Made by a program: the position numbers and the translations under genes. Under the pieces are notes generated by a model that saw only the letters and a list, made by a program, of their open reading frames with translations, had not been told where the DNA came from and searched no databases. Below are positions 45,432 through 55,095 of a DNA stretch of 64,000 bases, one piece after another. Source of the stretch: Candidatus Multivoradales bacterium (GTDB lineage: Bacteria > Acidobacteriota > Thermoanaerobaculia > Multivoradales > Multivoraceae); NCBI GenBank assembly GCA_965223325.1, contig CBDCWI010000002.1:3424001-3488000 (forward strand), in the 5' to 3' direction. Position 1 is the first letter of the stretch. The number at the start of each line of letters is the position of its first letter.

Positions 45432-47297
45432 TCAGGTCGTCGAGCGGGCGGGGCGGTTCTTCTTGTGGCCCTTGTTGGAGGCCTTGCCGCCCCCTTTCTT
45501 TCCGCCCGCTTTCTTGCCACCGGATTTGCCGCCGCCCTTGCCACCACCTTCGGCAGCCTCGCGCGCTCTGCGAATCCGGTTGTAGAAGAGCTGTTGCACG
45601 ATCGTCAGCAGGTTGTTGGTCAGCCAGTACAGCACCAGACCAGCGGGGAAACCGAGCGCGAACACGGTAAACCAGATCGGCATGGTCGTCATTACGATGC
45701 GCTGCGCCGCCTGCGGCGGCGTAGGCATCAAGCGAGTGTGAACCAACTGCGTGGCGCCCATGATGAGCGGTAGCGCGTAAATCGGATCGGGCGCGGAGAG
45801 ATCCTGGATCCAACCGATCCAGGGGGCATGCCAGAGTTCGACGGCACCGCGCAGCAAATAGTAAAACGACAAAAACACGGGAAATTGCACGAGCATCGGG
45901 AGGCAGCCCGCCGCCGGGTTGACGCCCTCCTCGCGCATCAGCGCCGAGATCTCCTCGTTCATCTTGCGCTGCTGCTCGAAGTCGGCCTTGCCGTGCTTGT
46001 CGCGCAGCTTGGGCTTGTACTTCTTGCGCACCGCGTCCATGCGCGGCTGCAGCTGCTGCATGTCCTGCATCGACTTGTGGCTCTTGTGCCGCAGCGGGAA
46101 GAGCACGACGTTGATCATCAGCGTCATCAAAACGATGCACCAGCCGTAGTTCGGAGTGACGTTGTCGTGCAGCCAGTTGAGGAGAATCAGCAATGGGCGC
46201 GATAGCGGCCTGAAGATTCCCCAGCGAATCGTACGTTCGAGCCCAATCTCGCGAGCCGCAAGCTCGTCGTACTTCTTGTCGCCCCAGAAGCCGGTTGCGG
46301 CCAATCGGTCTCCGGTTGGTTCGACCACCAGAAAAAGGTCGCGTGGCTCCTTTTTCTCCTTGCGGGTGGCGTCGGGCGACAACGGCAGATACTCATACAG
46401 CGAGGCTGCCGCCGAGTCAGCATCGCTCTGGTTCCCCGACTGCCCTTCCTCTGCCGCCGGCTCAGCACCGGTTGCGACGACCCGCCGCGGCACGACGTGC
46501 ACCGCGGTAATCGGCGTGCTGGGTGTGAGCGCGGTCAGGAAGTAGGTGTCTTCGAGTCCGATCCACTCGAGCCCCGCACCGGAAAGAGTGCGCGGCTTGG
46601 CGACCTTGGTGGCCGCCAGAGTCTCGAGATCGCCATCGATCCGCGCCACCGCACCATGCAGCTGGATGCGACTGGAGAGAAAGTCGAGGTCGGGGTTGCG
46701 CAGTCCGGGGCCGAGGAGAAGCCCCCAGGGCTCACGTGAACCCGGGTACTCGGCTTCGATCTCTATCGCCGCCTTGCCCAGGAGAGCGACGCGGCGCGTA
46801 GCCTCTCCCAGCGCGCCGCGGTATCTGAAAACCGCCTCCCTGCCGCCATCGGTCCTTCGCGTTTCGACCTCGAAGAGCGCATCATTGAGCGCCAGAGGTT
46901 CGCCAGCGACATTCACCCAGGCGAGCGGCCAGGCGTTGCCGGGGGCGCGCTGGCGAATGAGCTCGGCCCCACCGGTGGCGTTGTCGGCTTTGAGGCGCAG
47001 CGACACCAATTGACCGCCGCGGTTGGTCAGCCGGGCGATCGCGTGGTCGGTTTCGATCTCGACGATCTCCTCGATCGTCGCCTCGATGGGTTCCGCAACC
47101 GGCGCCAAGGAAGGCTCCGCAGTGCCCGTCGGCTGTGGGGACCTTGCTTCGGGCTGCGGGGGCTCCTCGGCCGCGGGCGCTTCGGTGACAGCCGGCGGCG
47201 GCGCCTGGACGGGCACCGGCGGCGGGAAAACCGCGTACCAGAGCAGGATGACCCCCACCGAAAGGATCGAAGCCAGCAGTAGTCGTCTGTTGTCCAT
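45432..47297 (-). CDS. yidC: Membrane protein insertase YidC
   Basis: MDNRRLLLA, NYGWCIV, GVNPAAGCLPMLVQFPV, WIQDLSAPDP, PAGLVLYWLTNN. Confidence 0.97.
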   Translation of the reverse strand: MDNRRLLLASILSVGVILLWYAVFPPPVPVQAPPPAVTEAPAAEEPPQPEARSPQPTGTAEPSLAPVAEPIEATIEEIVEIETDHAIARLTNRGGQLVSLRLKADNATGGAELIRQRAPGNAWPLAWVNVAGEPLALNDALFEVETRRTDGGREAVFRYRGALGEATRRVALLGKAAIEIEAEYPGSREPWGLLLGPGLRNPDLDFLSSRIQLHGAVARIDGDLETLAATKVAKPRTLSGAGLEWIGLEDTYFLTALTPSTPITAVHVVPRRVVATGAEPAAEEGQSGNQSDADSAAASLYEYLPLSPDATRKEKKEPRDLFLVVEPTGDRLAATGFWGDKKYDELAAREIGLERTIRWGIFRPLSRPLLILLNWLHDNVTPNYGWCIVLMTLMINVVLFPLRHKSHKSMQDMQQLQPRMDAVRKKYKPKLRDKHGKADFEQQRKMNEEISALMREEGVNPAAGCLPMLVQFPVFLSFYYLLRGAVELWHAPWIGWIQDLSAPDPIYALPLIMGATQLVHTRLMPTPPQAAQRIVMTTMPIWFTVFALGFPAGLVLYWLTNNLLTIVQQLFYNRIRRAREAAEGGGKGGGKSGGKKAGGKKGGGKASNKGHKKNRPARSTT

Positions 47298-47359
47298 GAA
47301 GTCTCTTGGGGGCCTGTTGGGCTATGAAATCGAAAGGTGTCGGGGCGCTCGAGCGATAG

Positions 47360-47602
47360 CTACGGATGACGGTGCCCATGGCTTCGCCCCGGCGCAGACG
47401 GCAGGTCGAGCCCGCCGGCCGAAAACGGCTGGCAGCGCGCCACCCGCCACAGGGCCAGGGCGGAGCCCAGCACCGGGCCCCGGGTACGGATAGCAAGCGC
47501 GGCGTACTCGGAGCAGCTGGGCGTGAACCGGCAGCTGCGCGGCAGAAGCGGCGACACGAAGCGCTTGTAGCCAGAAAGCACAACGAGCAGCAGCCGGCTC
47601 AC
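47360..47602 (-). CDS. yidD: Membrane protein insertion efficiency factor
   Basis: YKRFVSP..CRFTPSCSEY..RVARCQPF..GG.D; rnpA-yidD-yidC synteny. Confidence 0.93.
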   Translation of the reverse strand: MSRLLLVVLSGYKRFVSPLLPRSCRFTPSCSEYAALAIRTRGPVLGSALALWRVARCQPFSAGGLDLPSAPGRSHGHRHP

Positions 47603-48000
47603 GACCTTCGTCTCCGGCGTGAAGAGCGCCCGCGGCGCGCGTCGCGCAGCAGGCGATAGAGCTCGCTCTGTAGCTCGTCGAACGTCGCCGCGGCCGCCGG
47701 CGGCTTCACGTGCACCACCAGATCAAGGGCTGGCATTTCCCGACGCTCTTCGAACCGCCGGTAGCTCTCCCGCAGGCGCCGACGAATCCGGTTCCGAACC
47801 ACGGCCTTGCCGACCTTGCGGCTGGCAGTGATTCCAAAACGCGGGTGAGTGAGGTCATTGGCAATCCAGTGAAGAACGAAGAAGGGTCCACCGCGACGTC
47901 GACCCAATCGGTAGCAACGCAGGTAGTCTGCACCCCGGCGAAGTCGCTCCTCGGGGAGCAACACCTCGGAGGCCACGGCCGGCTTACCGGCTCCCTGCAC
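47599..48000 (-). CDS. rnpA: RNase P protein component
   Basis: RFGITASRKVGKAVVRNRIRRRLRE. Confidence 0.95.
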   Translation of the reverse strand: MQGAGKPAVASEVLLPEERLRRGADYLRCYRLGRRRGGPFFVLHWIANDLTHPRFGITASRKVGKAVVRNRIRRRLRESYRRFEERREMPALDLVVHVKPPAAAATFDELQSELYRLLRDARRGRSSRRRRRS

Positions 48001-48071
48001 CTCCGCAGCGGCTGGCTCGCGGTCCTCGCCGAGGGGGCGCGGGTTCCGAGTCGCCCTGGGCGCTCGAGGAG

Positions 48072-48206
48072 TCAGACGCAGAGCCGCTTGCGGCCCTTGC
48101 GGCGCCGGCGAGCGAGGATCTTGCGGCCGTTCTTGGTTTGCATGCGAGCGCGAAAGCCGTGCTTCTTCTTACGGCGGCGGTTGTTCGGCTGATAGGTACG
48201 TTTCAC
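48072..48206 (-). CDS. rpmH: 50S ribosomal protein L34 (not in ORF track)
   Basis: GTG start; [44 protein letters not shown]. Confidence 0.97.
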   Translation of the reverse strand: MKRTYQPNNRRRKKKHGFRARMQTKNGRKILARRRRKGRKRLCV

Positions 48207-48592
48207 GGCAGTTGCCCTTCCATTCTTGGAAAAACCGTCTTGGTGCCAACCACTCCTTGTTCGTTCGGCGGGAACCTGAGGCCAACCTATGCCCGGTCAT
48301 GCCGCCAGCGGGAGCGAACTGGCTGTCGCACAGAGAATCGGCTGATCACTAGCGAAAAGATGTCTCGAGCGACGATCTACTACGACCAGCCAACCGACGG
48401 TTTCACAGCGGCCCCTGAGCTGTTTGGCGGCACGCGTGAGTTCGAACTCCGGCGAACGATGGAGGTTATCTGCCCACTGGCGCGTCGGTCAAGACGCCCC
48501 GCAGAGCCGCGGCTTCGCTGGTTCGGTGGCCAGGTGCTCCCCGATTCGTCTATCATCCCGCGGTCGGGCCGCTTGTGGCCGGCTTCCTCGAC

Positions 48593-49048
48593 ATGAATGA
48601 CCTCGACTGGATGCAGATCGCGTTGGTTGAGGCGCGTCGTGGCGGAGAGGCGGGCGAGGTTCCGGTCGGGGCCCTGGTGGTCGAAGGAGAGCGCCTTCTC
48701 GCGAAGGCCCACAACCTCCGCGAACAGCAAGGGAACCCGGTAGCGCACGCCGAAGTGCTCGCGCTAGAACGAGCGGCCAGGCAGAGATCCGGTTGGCGAC
48801 TCGACGGGTGCACGCTCTACGTGACCCTCGAACCCTGCGCGATGTGCGCCGGGGCCCTGGTCAACAGTCGGATCGAGCGCCTGGTCTACGGGGCTCCGGA
48901 CCCCAAGGCTGGCTACTGCGGATCACTCGGAAACCTGGTCACCGACGAGCGGCTCAACCACCGCCTGACCGTCACGGCCGGGGTGCTGGAAGAGCAGTGC
49001 GGCGCCATCTTGCGAGACTTCTTCAGGAGGCTTCGCCAGGAAGGCTAG
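48593..49048 (+). CDS. tadA: tRNA adenosine(34) deaminase
   Basis: GEVPVGA, AHAE, LYVTLEPCAMCAGA, DPKAG, LNH. Confidence 0.95.
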   Translation: MNDLDWMQIALVEARRGGEAGEVPVGALVVEGERLLAKAHNLREQQGNPVAHAEVLALERAARQRSGWRLDGCTLYVTLEPCAMCAGALVNSRIERLVYGAPDPKAGYCGSLGNLVTDERLNHRLTVTAGVLEEQCGAILRDFFRRLRQEG

Positions 49049-49159
49049 CGGCACACCGCAGCGGATCTTTGAAACGTCGATGAACAAACCCGATCGGTTC
49101 CCTGAACCGTCGGCTTGGCGAAGCAGTGCTTCAGAACAAGGCAACGTTTTCGAGTTCGA

Positions 49160-49730
<571 letters not shown>

Positions 49731-49965
49731 ACGCTGGAAGGACCTGACTAAACCGGCTCCCCTGGGGTTCTGTGCTGAGGATGGGCCGGAGAAGATGGTC
49801 TCCGGACTTCGCGCTTCGCGCGCCTGAATCTGGCTCTCGCTTCGCGCCGGAGGACTTGCTCGCGGATTACGGCGCCATCCGCCGCATCGACCCGGGGCCC
49901 TGCTGACAGCGATGTTTCTTCCCCGCTAAGATCAACGGCTGTTCCCCCTCCGTTCGGTTCGGTTC

Positions 49966-50100
49966 GAAGCGGGAATCTACGAAGGGCTCGGGCCCTGTGC
50001 ATCGAACGTCTCCGAACCTCGTCAGGCCCGGAAGGGAGCAGCGATAAGGTGTACGCGTCGAGTGCCGCAGCAAGCCGGAGTCCTTCGTAGATTCCCCTTC
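49966..50100 (+). ncRNA. ffs: SRP RNA (4.5S type)
   Basis: Helix-8 motif TCAGGCCCGGAAGGGAGCAGC; closing stem gggaatctacgaaggg / tccttcgtagattccc; position upstream of dnaX. Confidence 0.92.
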
Positions 50101-50140
50101 TCGGCGGCCACCCTTTCGCGTCGATCCCCGTGAGCACCTC

Positions 50141-51616
50141 ATGAGTTACCAGGTCCTGGCCCGCAAGTGGAGGCCACAGGAGTTTTCGGAGCTCATTGGC
50201 CAAGAGCCGATCGTTCAGGCGCTCGAGAACGCGCTGCGCGACGAGCGCATCGCCCAGGCCTATTTGTTTGCCGGTATTCGTGGAGTTGGCAAGACCACCG
50301 CTGCGCGGCTGTTGGCCAAGGCCCTGAATCGTGGGAGCTCGTCGGAGGACTCTCGGGCGGGCCGCGAGATCGTCTCTTCGGGTGATCTCGACGTGATTGA
50401 GGTCGACGCAGCGACCTACTCGAAGGTCGAGCAGGTGCGTGAACTCACCGAGAGCCTCCAGTATGCGCCGGCGGGAAGCAAGTACAAGGTGGTGATCATC
50501 GATGAGATCCATCGCCTCTCGCGACAGGCTTTTGATGCGCTGCTCAAGATCGTCGAAGAGCCGCCGCCACATCTCGTTTTCATCTTCGCCACCACCGAGA
50601 TCGAGGCTGTGCCGGCGACGATTCTCTCGCGTTGCCAGGAGTTCCACTTTCGGCGCGTGCCGGCGGCGGCGCTGGCGGGGTACCTCCGCAAGATCGCTGA
50701 CGCCGAGGAGATCACCGTCAGCGATACGGCCTTGCGCCTGATCGCCCGCGCCGGCGAAGGCAGCGTGCGCGATTCCGTCGCGCTTCTCGATCAGCTGGGA
50801 ACCTTCGGGTCGGGCAGCATCGATGACCAGGACGCCGTGCGACTGCTGGGCGGGCTCGACACGACCCTCTTCGAAGACCTGCTCGACGCAGTCCTGGGAG
50901 GCGAAAGCGCGCGAATCTCAGAGATCGTGCGCGACCTCGAGGCCGACGGGCACGACCCACGCAGTGCCTTCACCCAGTTTCTTTCCTACTGCCGCGATGC
51001 GCTGCACGTGGCGCTGGGGTCGGACCCGACACAGATCGATCTGCCGGCCGACGAGGTCGAGCGTCTGTCCGAGCGGGCGCGTGCGGCTGGCTACGAGAAC
51101 CTGTTGCGGATGCTCAACCAGCTCCTGCAGAGCGAGCAGGTCGTACGGCGATCCGAAGCCGGAGCCCTGGCACTCGAGGTTGCCTGGCTACGAGCGGCCG
51201 AGTTGCCGAAACTGGTTCAGATCGAGCGCATCCTCGCCTCCGGAGCCGGAGGTGGAGGCGGCGCCAAGTCACCGGAAACACGGGGGCGAAGCGGTGGCTC
51301 GGAAGTCTCTGGAGCTCGCGGCGCCAAGCGAGCCGCACCTCGCCCCCCAGCACCTCGCTCCCCAGCACCGCGCTCGTCAGCCAAACCTCCCCGCCGCCAA
51401 CAATCGAAACCCTCGAGGAAACCGACCGCTTCGAAGCCACCGCAGGCGCCAGCGGTTGAGCAGGCCGCCTCCGCTAATGCCGGGCCGAACGCCGAGTTGC
51501 TCGCCGAGGTCGAGAAGAACCCGACCGTCCAGGCAGTGCTCGACGTCTTCGGCGGTCGCATCGAGCGGGTCGAAAAGACCGAGCCCGTCGAATTAGCGGA
51601 ACCGGACCCCGCCTGA
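50141..51616 (+). CDS. dnaX: DNA polymerase III subunit gamma/tau
   Basis: YQVLARKWRPQ, GIRGVGKTT, IIDEIH, LLKIVEEPP, TILSRCQ, EGSVRD. Confidence 0.96.
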   Translation: MSYQVLARKWRPQEFSELIGQEPIVQALENALRDERIAQAYLFAGIRGVGKTTAARLLAKALNRGSSSEDSRAGREIVSSGDLDVIEVDAATYSKVEQVRELTESLQYAPAGSKYKVVIIDEIHRLSRQAFDALLKIVEEPPPHLVFIFATTEIEAVPATILSRCQEFHFRRVPAAALAGYLRKIADAEEITVSDTALRLIARAGEGSVRDSVALLDQLGTFGSGSIDDQDAVRLLGGLDTTLFEDLLDAVLGGESARISEIVRDLEADGHDPRSAFTQFLSYCRDALHVALGSDPTQIDLPADEVERLSERARAAGYENLLRMLNQLLQSEQVVRRSEAGALALEVAWLRAAELPKLVQIERILASGAGGGGGAKSPETRGRSGGSEVSGARGAKRAAPRPPAPRSPAPRSSAKPPRRQQSKPSRKPTASKPPQAPAVEQAASANAGPNAELLAEVEKNPTVQAVLDVFGGRIERVEKTEPVELAEPDPA

Positions 51617-51687
51617 CGCCACGACACGACGCGTGCGATGATTCGGTGAAACGCACCCGCGCCCCCCTGGAGCGCGAACCCTGAGGA

Positions 51688-52002
51688 ATGTCGATGAACA
51701 TCAAGAAGCTGATGAAGCAGGCCGAGCAGATGCAGGCCCAGATGCAAGAGCGGGTCGCGGCCGTCGAAGTCGAGGCGACTTCCGGCGGCGGCATGGTGAC
51801 CGTCAAGATGAGCGGCACAAAAGAGCTGGTGGCAATCACGATCGACCCAGAGGTCGTTGACCCGGAAGACGCCGGCATGCTCGCCGACCTGGTGCTCGCA
51901 GCGGTCAACGAGGCCGGCCGCAAGGTCGACGAAGAGATTCAGGGTTCCCTCGGCGGTCTAACCGGCGGCATGCCCGGCCTTCCGGGAATCCCCGGCCTCT
52001 AG
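51688..52002 (+). CDS. ybaB: YbaB/EbfC nucleoid-associated protein
   Basis: LMKQAEQMQ, SGGGMVTV, DPED..ML.DLV.AAVNEA; dnaX-ybaB-recR synteny. Confidence 0.95.
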   Translation: MSMNIKKLMKQAEQMQAQMQERVAAVEVEATSGGGMVTVKMSGTKELVAITIDPEVVDPEDAGMLADLVLAAVNEAGRKVDEEIQGSLGGLTGGMPGLPGIPGL

Positions 52003-52029
52003 AGAGCCGCGAGGGAACAGGAAAAGCGC

Positions 52030-52620
52030 GTGGCATCGGACGACCCACTGGCCCGGCTCACAGGAGAGCTCGGCCGCCTGCCGGGCATCGGCCCCAAGAC
52101 CGCCGCACGCCTTGCGCACCACGTGTTGCGAAGCGGCCGGACAGAGGTCGAGGCGCTCGCCTCGTCTCTGCTCGAGGTCAAAGACAAGCTCTTCCACTGC
52201 AGCCAGTGCAACGCGATCACCGCCGTCGACCCGTGCAGGTACTGCAGCGACGACCGCCGCGACCGAACGCGCATCTGCATCGTCGAAGAACCTTTCAACA
52301 TTGAACCGATCGAGCGCACCGGTGAGTACAGCGGCACGTACCACGTACTGCTCGGTGCCCTCGCGCCGCAGCGCGGCATCGGTCCCGATGAGCTCGCCAT
52401 CCCGCAGCTGCTGGCCCGCCTCGACGGGGTCGAGGAAGCGGTTCTCGCCACCAACCCCAACGTCGAGGGCGAGGCCACTGCGCTCTATCTCGCTCGCCTC
52501 TTGTCCGACCGAGGCATCCGGGCGACCCGGCTGGCCTTCGGGCTGCCCGTAGGTGGCGACCTCGACTACATCGACGAAGTCACCTTGGCGCGCTCTTTCG
52601 CCGGTCGGCGGGAGATGTAG
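52030..52620 (+). CDS. recR: Recombination mediator RecR
   Basis: LPGIGPKTA.RLA, CSQC..DPCRYC, ICIVEE, ATNPNVEGEATA, GLPVGGDLDYID..TL. Confidence 0.97.
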   Translation: MASDDPLARLTGELGRLPGIGPKTAARLAHHVLRSGRTEVEALASSLLEVKDKLFHCSQCNAITAVDPCRYCSDDRRDRTRICIVEEPFNIEPIERTGEYSGTYHVLLGALAPQRGIGPDELAIPQLLARLDGVEEAVLATNPNVEGEATALYLARLLSDRGIRATRLAFGLPVGGDLDYIDEVTLARSFAGRREM

Positions 52621-52682
52621 TTGAACTTCGCAAGGAGTGGGCGCTGAGCGCTTCGCTCGAGCGCGGCGATCTTCTGCCGAAG

Positions 52683-53930
52683 ATGCTCGTAGCGCCCCCG
52701 GGACCGCGGGCCCGCGCGCTGGCAGAACGCCTGGCCAGGTTTGAGGCACCGGGCATCAACACGCTTCTTCGGGGAGAGCCGGCTATCGCCTGGCGAGAGG
52801 CGCTGGGAAGTAACGTTGTCGACCTCGACGGCAACCGCTACCTCGACTTCACGGCTGGTTTTGGAGTGGCGAACATCGGCCACCGCCACCCGGCGGTGGT
52901 CTCGGCCATCAAGCAACAGGCCGAGTCTCTCGTTCACGGCCTCGGCGACGTCCACCCCCATGAGCAGCGCGTCGACCTCGCCGAACGACTGGCTGCCCTG
53001 GTGCCAGTTGACGACCCGGTCGTCTACTGGGCGATCTCGGGCGCCGACGCGGTCGAGGTCGCGCTCAAGACAGCCATCCTGGCGACCGGCCGCACGGGGC
53101 TTGTCGCCTTCGCTCCCAGCTACCACGGCCTGACCCTCGGTGCGCTTTCCGTGACCTCGAGGAGGGCCTTTCGAGAACCCTTCCAAAAGCACCTTCACCA
53201 GCACGTCGAGCGCTTGCCTTTTGGCGCACCCGCCTCCCGACTCAACGCGTGCCTGCTGGGAGGCGACCGCAAAGCAGCGGTGGTGGTCGAACCGATCGTC
53301 GGCCGCGAGGGCGTCCTCATTCCTCCCGATGGCTGGCTAGGCGAGCTCGCCGAGATCTGTGCGCGCGCGAGAACGCTCCTCATCGTTGACGAGATCTTCA
53401 CGGGCTTCGGCCGCACCGGCAGGGTCTTCGCCTCCGAGCGCGACGGGCTAAAGCCCGACATCGTGTGCGTCGGCAAGGCTCTCGGTGGCGGCACACCCAT
53501 CGCAGCTGCTGTTGGATCGCGCCGGGTCATGGAGCACTGGCAAAGCGACGGCGAAGCGCGCCATACCGCTACCTTCGTCGCCAACCCCATCGCCTGTTCT
53601 GCCGCGCTCGCCACAATCGAAGTTCTAGAGCGCCAAGAGCTCACCGCCCGCGCCGCGCGCCTCGAACACACTGTCGAATCAGTTCTCAATGAAGCAAGCG
53701 GCCGCGGCTCATCGCTTCGCGGTCGCGGCCTCCTCTGGGGCATCGAAATGCCCACCGCCGCGTCCGCCTCGAAAGTGGCCACCAAAGCGGCCGCGGCCGG
53801 CCTCCTTATCCTCGCCGGCGGAGAGCGCGGAAACGTCCTCCAGATCGCACCACCTCTGGTGATCACCGAAGAGCAGCTCGCACACGGAACGCGGTTGCTG
53901 TCTCGCCTCGTCGACGAGAGCCGTGGATAA
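52683..53930 (+). CDS. Class III aminotransferase (GABA-AT-like)
   Basis: DLDGNRYLDF, SGADAVE.ALK, YHG.T.G, EPIVG.EG, DEIFTGFGRTG, GKALGGG. Confidence 0.9.
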   Translation: MLVAPPGPRARALAERLARFEAPGINTLLRGEPAIAWREALGSNVVDLDGNRYLDFTAGFGVANIGHRHPAVVSAIKQQAESLVHGLGDVHPHEQRVDLAERLAALVPVDDPVVYWAISGADAVEVALKTAILATGRTGLVAFAPSYHGLTLGALSVTSRRAFREPFQKHLHQHVERLPFGAPASRLNACLLGGDRKAAVVVEPIVGREGVLIPPDGWLGELAEICARARTLLIVDEIFTGFGRTGRVFASERDGLKPDIVCVGKALGGGTPIAAAVGSRRVMEHWQSDGEARHTATFVANPIACSAALATIEVLERQELTARAARLEHTVESVLNEASGRGSSLRGRGLLWGIEMPTAASASKVATKAAAAGLLILAGGERGNVLQIAPPLVITEEQLAHGTRLLSRLVDESRG

Positions 53931-55095
53931 GTTGAACATCCTCTGGATGGCGACCAAGTCGCCCTGGCCCCCACGCGACGGCGGGCGCCTGGTTGCGTCT
54001 TTGACCATCGAGGCGCTCGCCGAGCGAGGTCACCTGGTCACCGTGGTCACACCTGCCGAGGACCGAGACCAGCCGCCGCCTTCAACGCCCGGCATCGAAG
54101 TGGTCAGCGTTCCTGCACCGACACGCTGGAAACCCCTCTCGCTTCTCGATAGCGCTTTGACCGGCCAGGCCTACTCGATGGTCCAGCACAAACGCCCGTC
54201 AGTCCGCCACGCGGTCGCCGATCTCCTTGCGTCACGAAACTTCGATGTCATTCACGCCGAACAGATTCAGGCCACGGCGTCTCTTCCACCCACCAAGGTT
54301 CCCGTCGTCTTGCGCACCCAGAACGTCGAGTCGTCACTCTGGCGCCAGATCGCGGAAAGCCCTGGCTCGGTCTCACCCCTGGCGCGCGGCATGTTCCGCC
54401 GCCAGGCCAGTCGTCTGGCGCGCGCCGAAGCGCGTGTCGTTGGCTCAGCTTCCATCGCCATCGCACTCACCGAACCCGATGCCCGCACTCTCGAAGCACT
54501 CAGCAAGCGAAAGGTGGTGCACCTTCCGGCGCCCTTCCCCGGAGAACTCCCCGCTGGGCCAGCCCTCCCGGGCAACCCTGCCCTCATCGCCCTCGGCGAT
54601 CCCACCTGGATACCCAACCGCGACGGCGTCCGCATGCTCACCGGCGACCTCTGGCCGCTGTGCCGTCGGGCGCTCCCCGGCGCGCACCTCCATCTCTTCG
54701 GCCACCCCGGCCCTGCTATCGACGGCGTCACCAGACACCCCGCTCCCGACGAAAGCATCGAGGCGTTCGCCGCTGGTGCGATTCTCCTGGTGCCCTTGCG
54801 CATCGCATCCGGCGTGCGGATGAAGATCCTCGAAGGCTGGGCGAGGGGCCTGCCCGTGGTTGCGACAAGCGAAGCCGCCGCTGGTCTTGCCGACGAAGGC
54901 GGTGCGATCAGCATTGCTGACATCGCCGCGGAACTCTCCGCGGCCGTAGAGCGGCTTTCCCGGCAGGAAGAGTACGGAACCGCAAAGGAAGCGGGGCAGG
55001 CCGCTCTCGTTCGCCACCACGATGCCGGAAAAATCGGGTCACAACTCGGCGAGCTTTACAACCAGGCCAGGGACCGCGGGCTCGAGAGGGCCTGA
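53923..55095 (+). CDS. Glycosyltransferase family 4-like
   Basis: PWPPRDGG, QNVES, W.PNRDG, VPLRIASGVRMKILEGWA.GLPVV.T. Confidence 0.85.
   Translation: MDKLNILWMATKSPWPPRDGGRLVASLTIEALAERGHLVTVVTPAEDRDQPPPSTPGIEVVSVPAPTRWKPLSLLDSALTGQAYSMVQHKRPSVRHAVADLLASRNFDVIHAEQIQATASLPPTKVPVVLRTQNVESSLWRQIAESPGSVSPLARGMFRRQASRLARAEARVVGSASIAIALTEPDARTLEALSKRKVVHLPAPFPGELPAGPALPGNPALIALGDPTWIPNRDGVRMLTGDLWPLCRRALPGAHLHLFGHPGPAIDGVTRHPAPDESIEAFAAGAILLVPLRIASGVRMKILEGWARGLPVVATSEAAAGLADEGGAISIADIAAELSAAVERLSRQEEYGTAKEAGQAALVRHHDAGKIGSQLGELYNQARDRGLERA

Noticed and set aside
53922-53930. DnaA-box-like CGTGGATAA
   Set aside because: Single mismatched copy at a gene overlap; not a cluster
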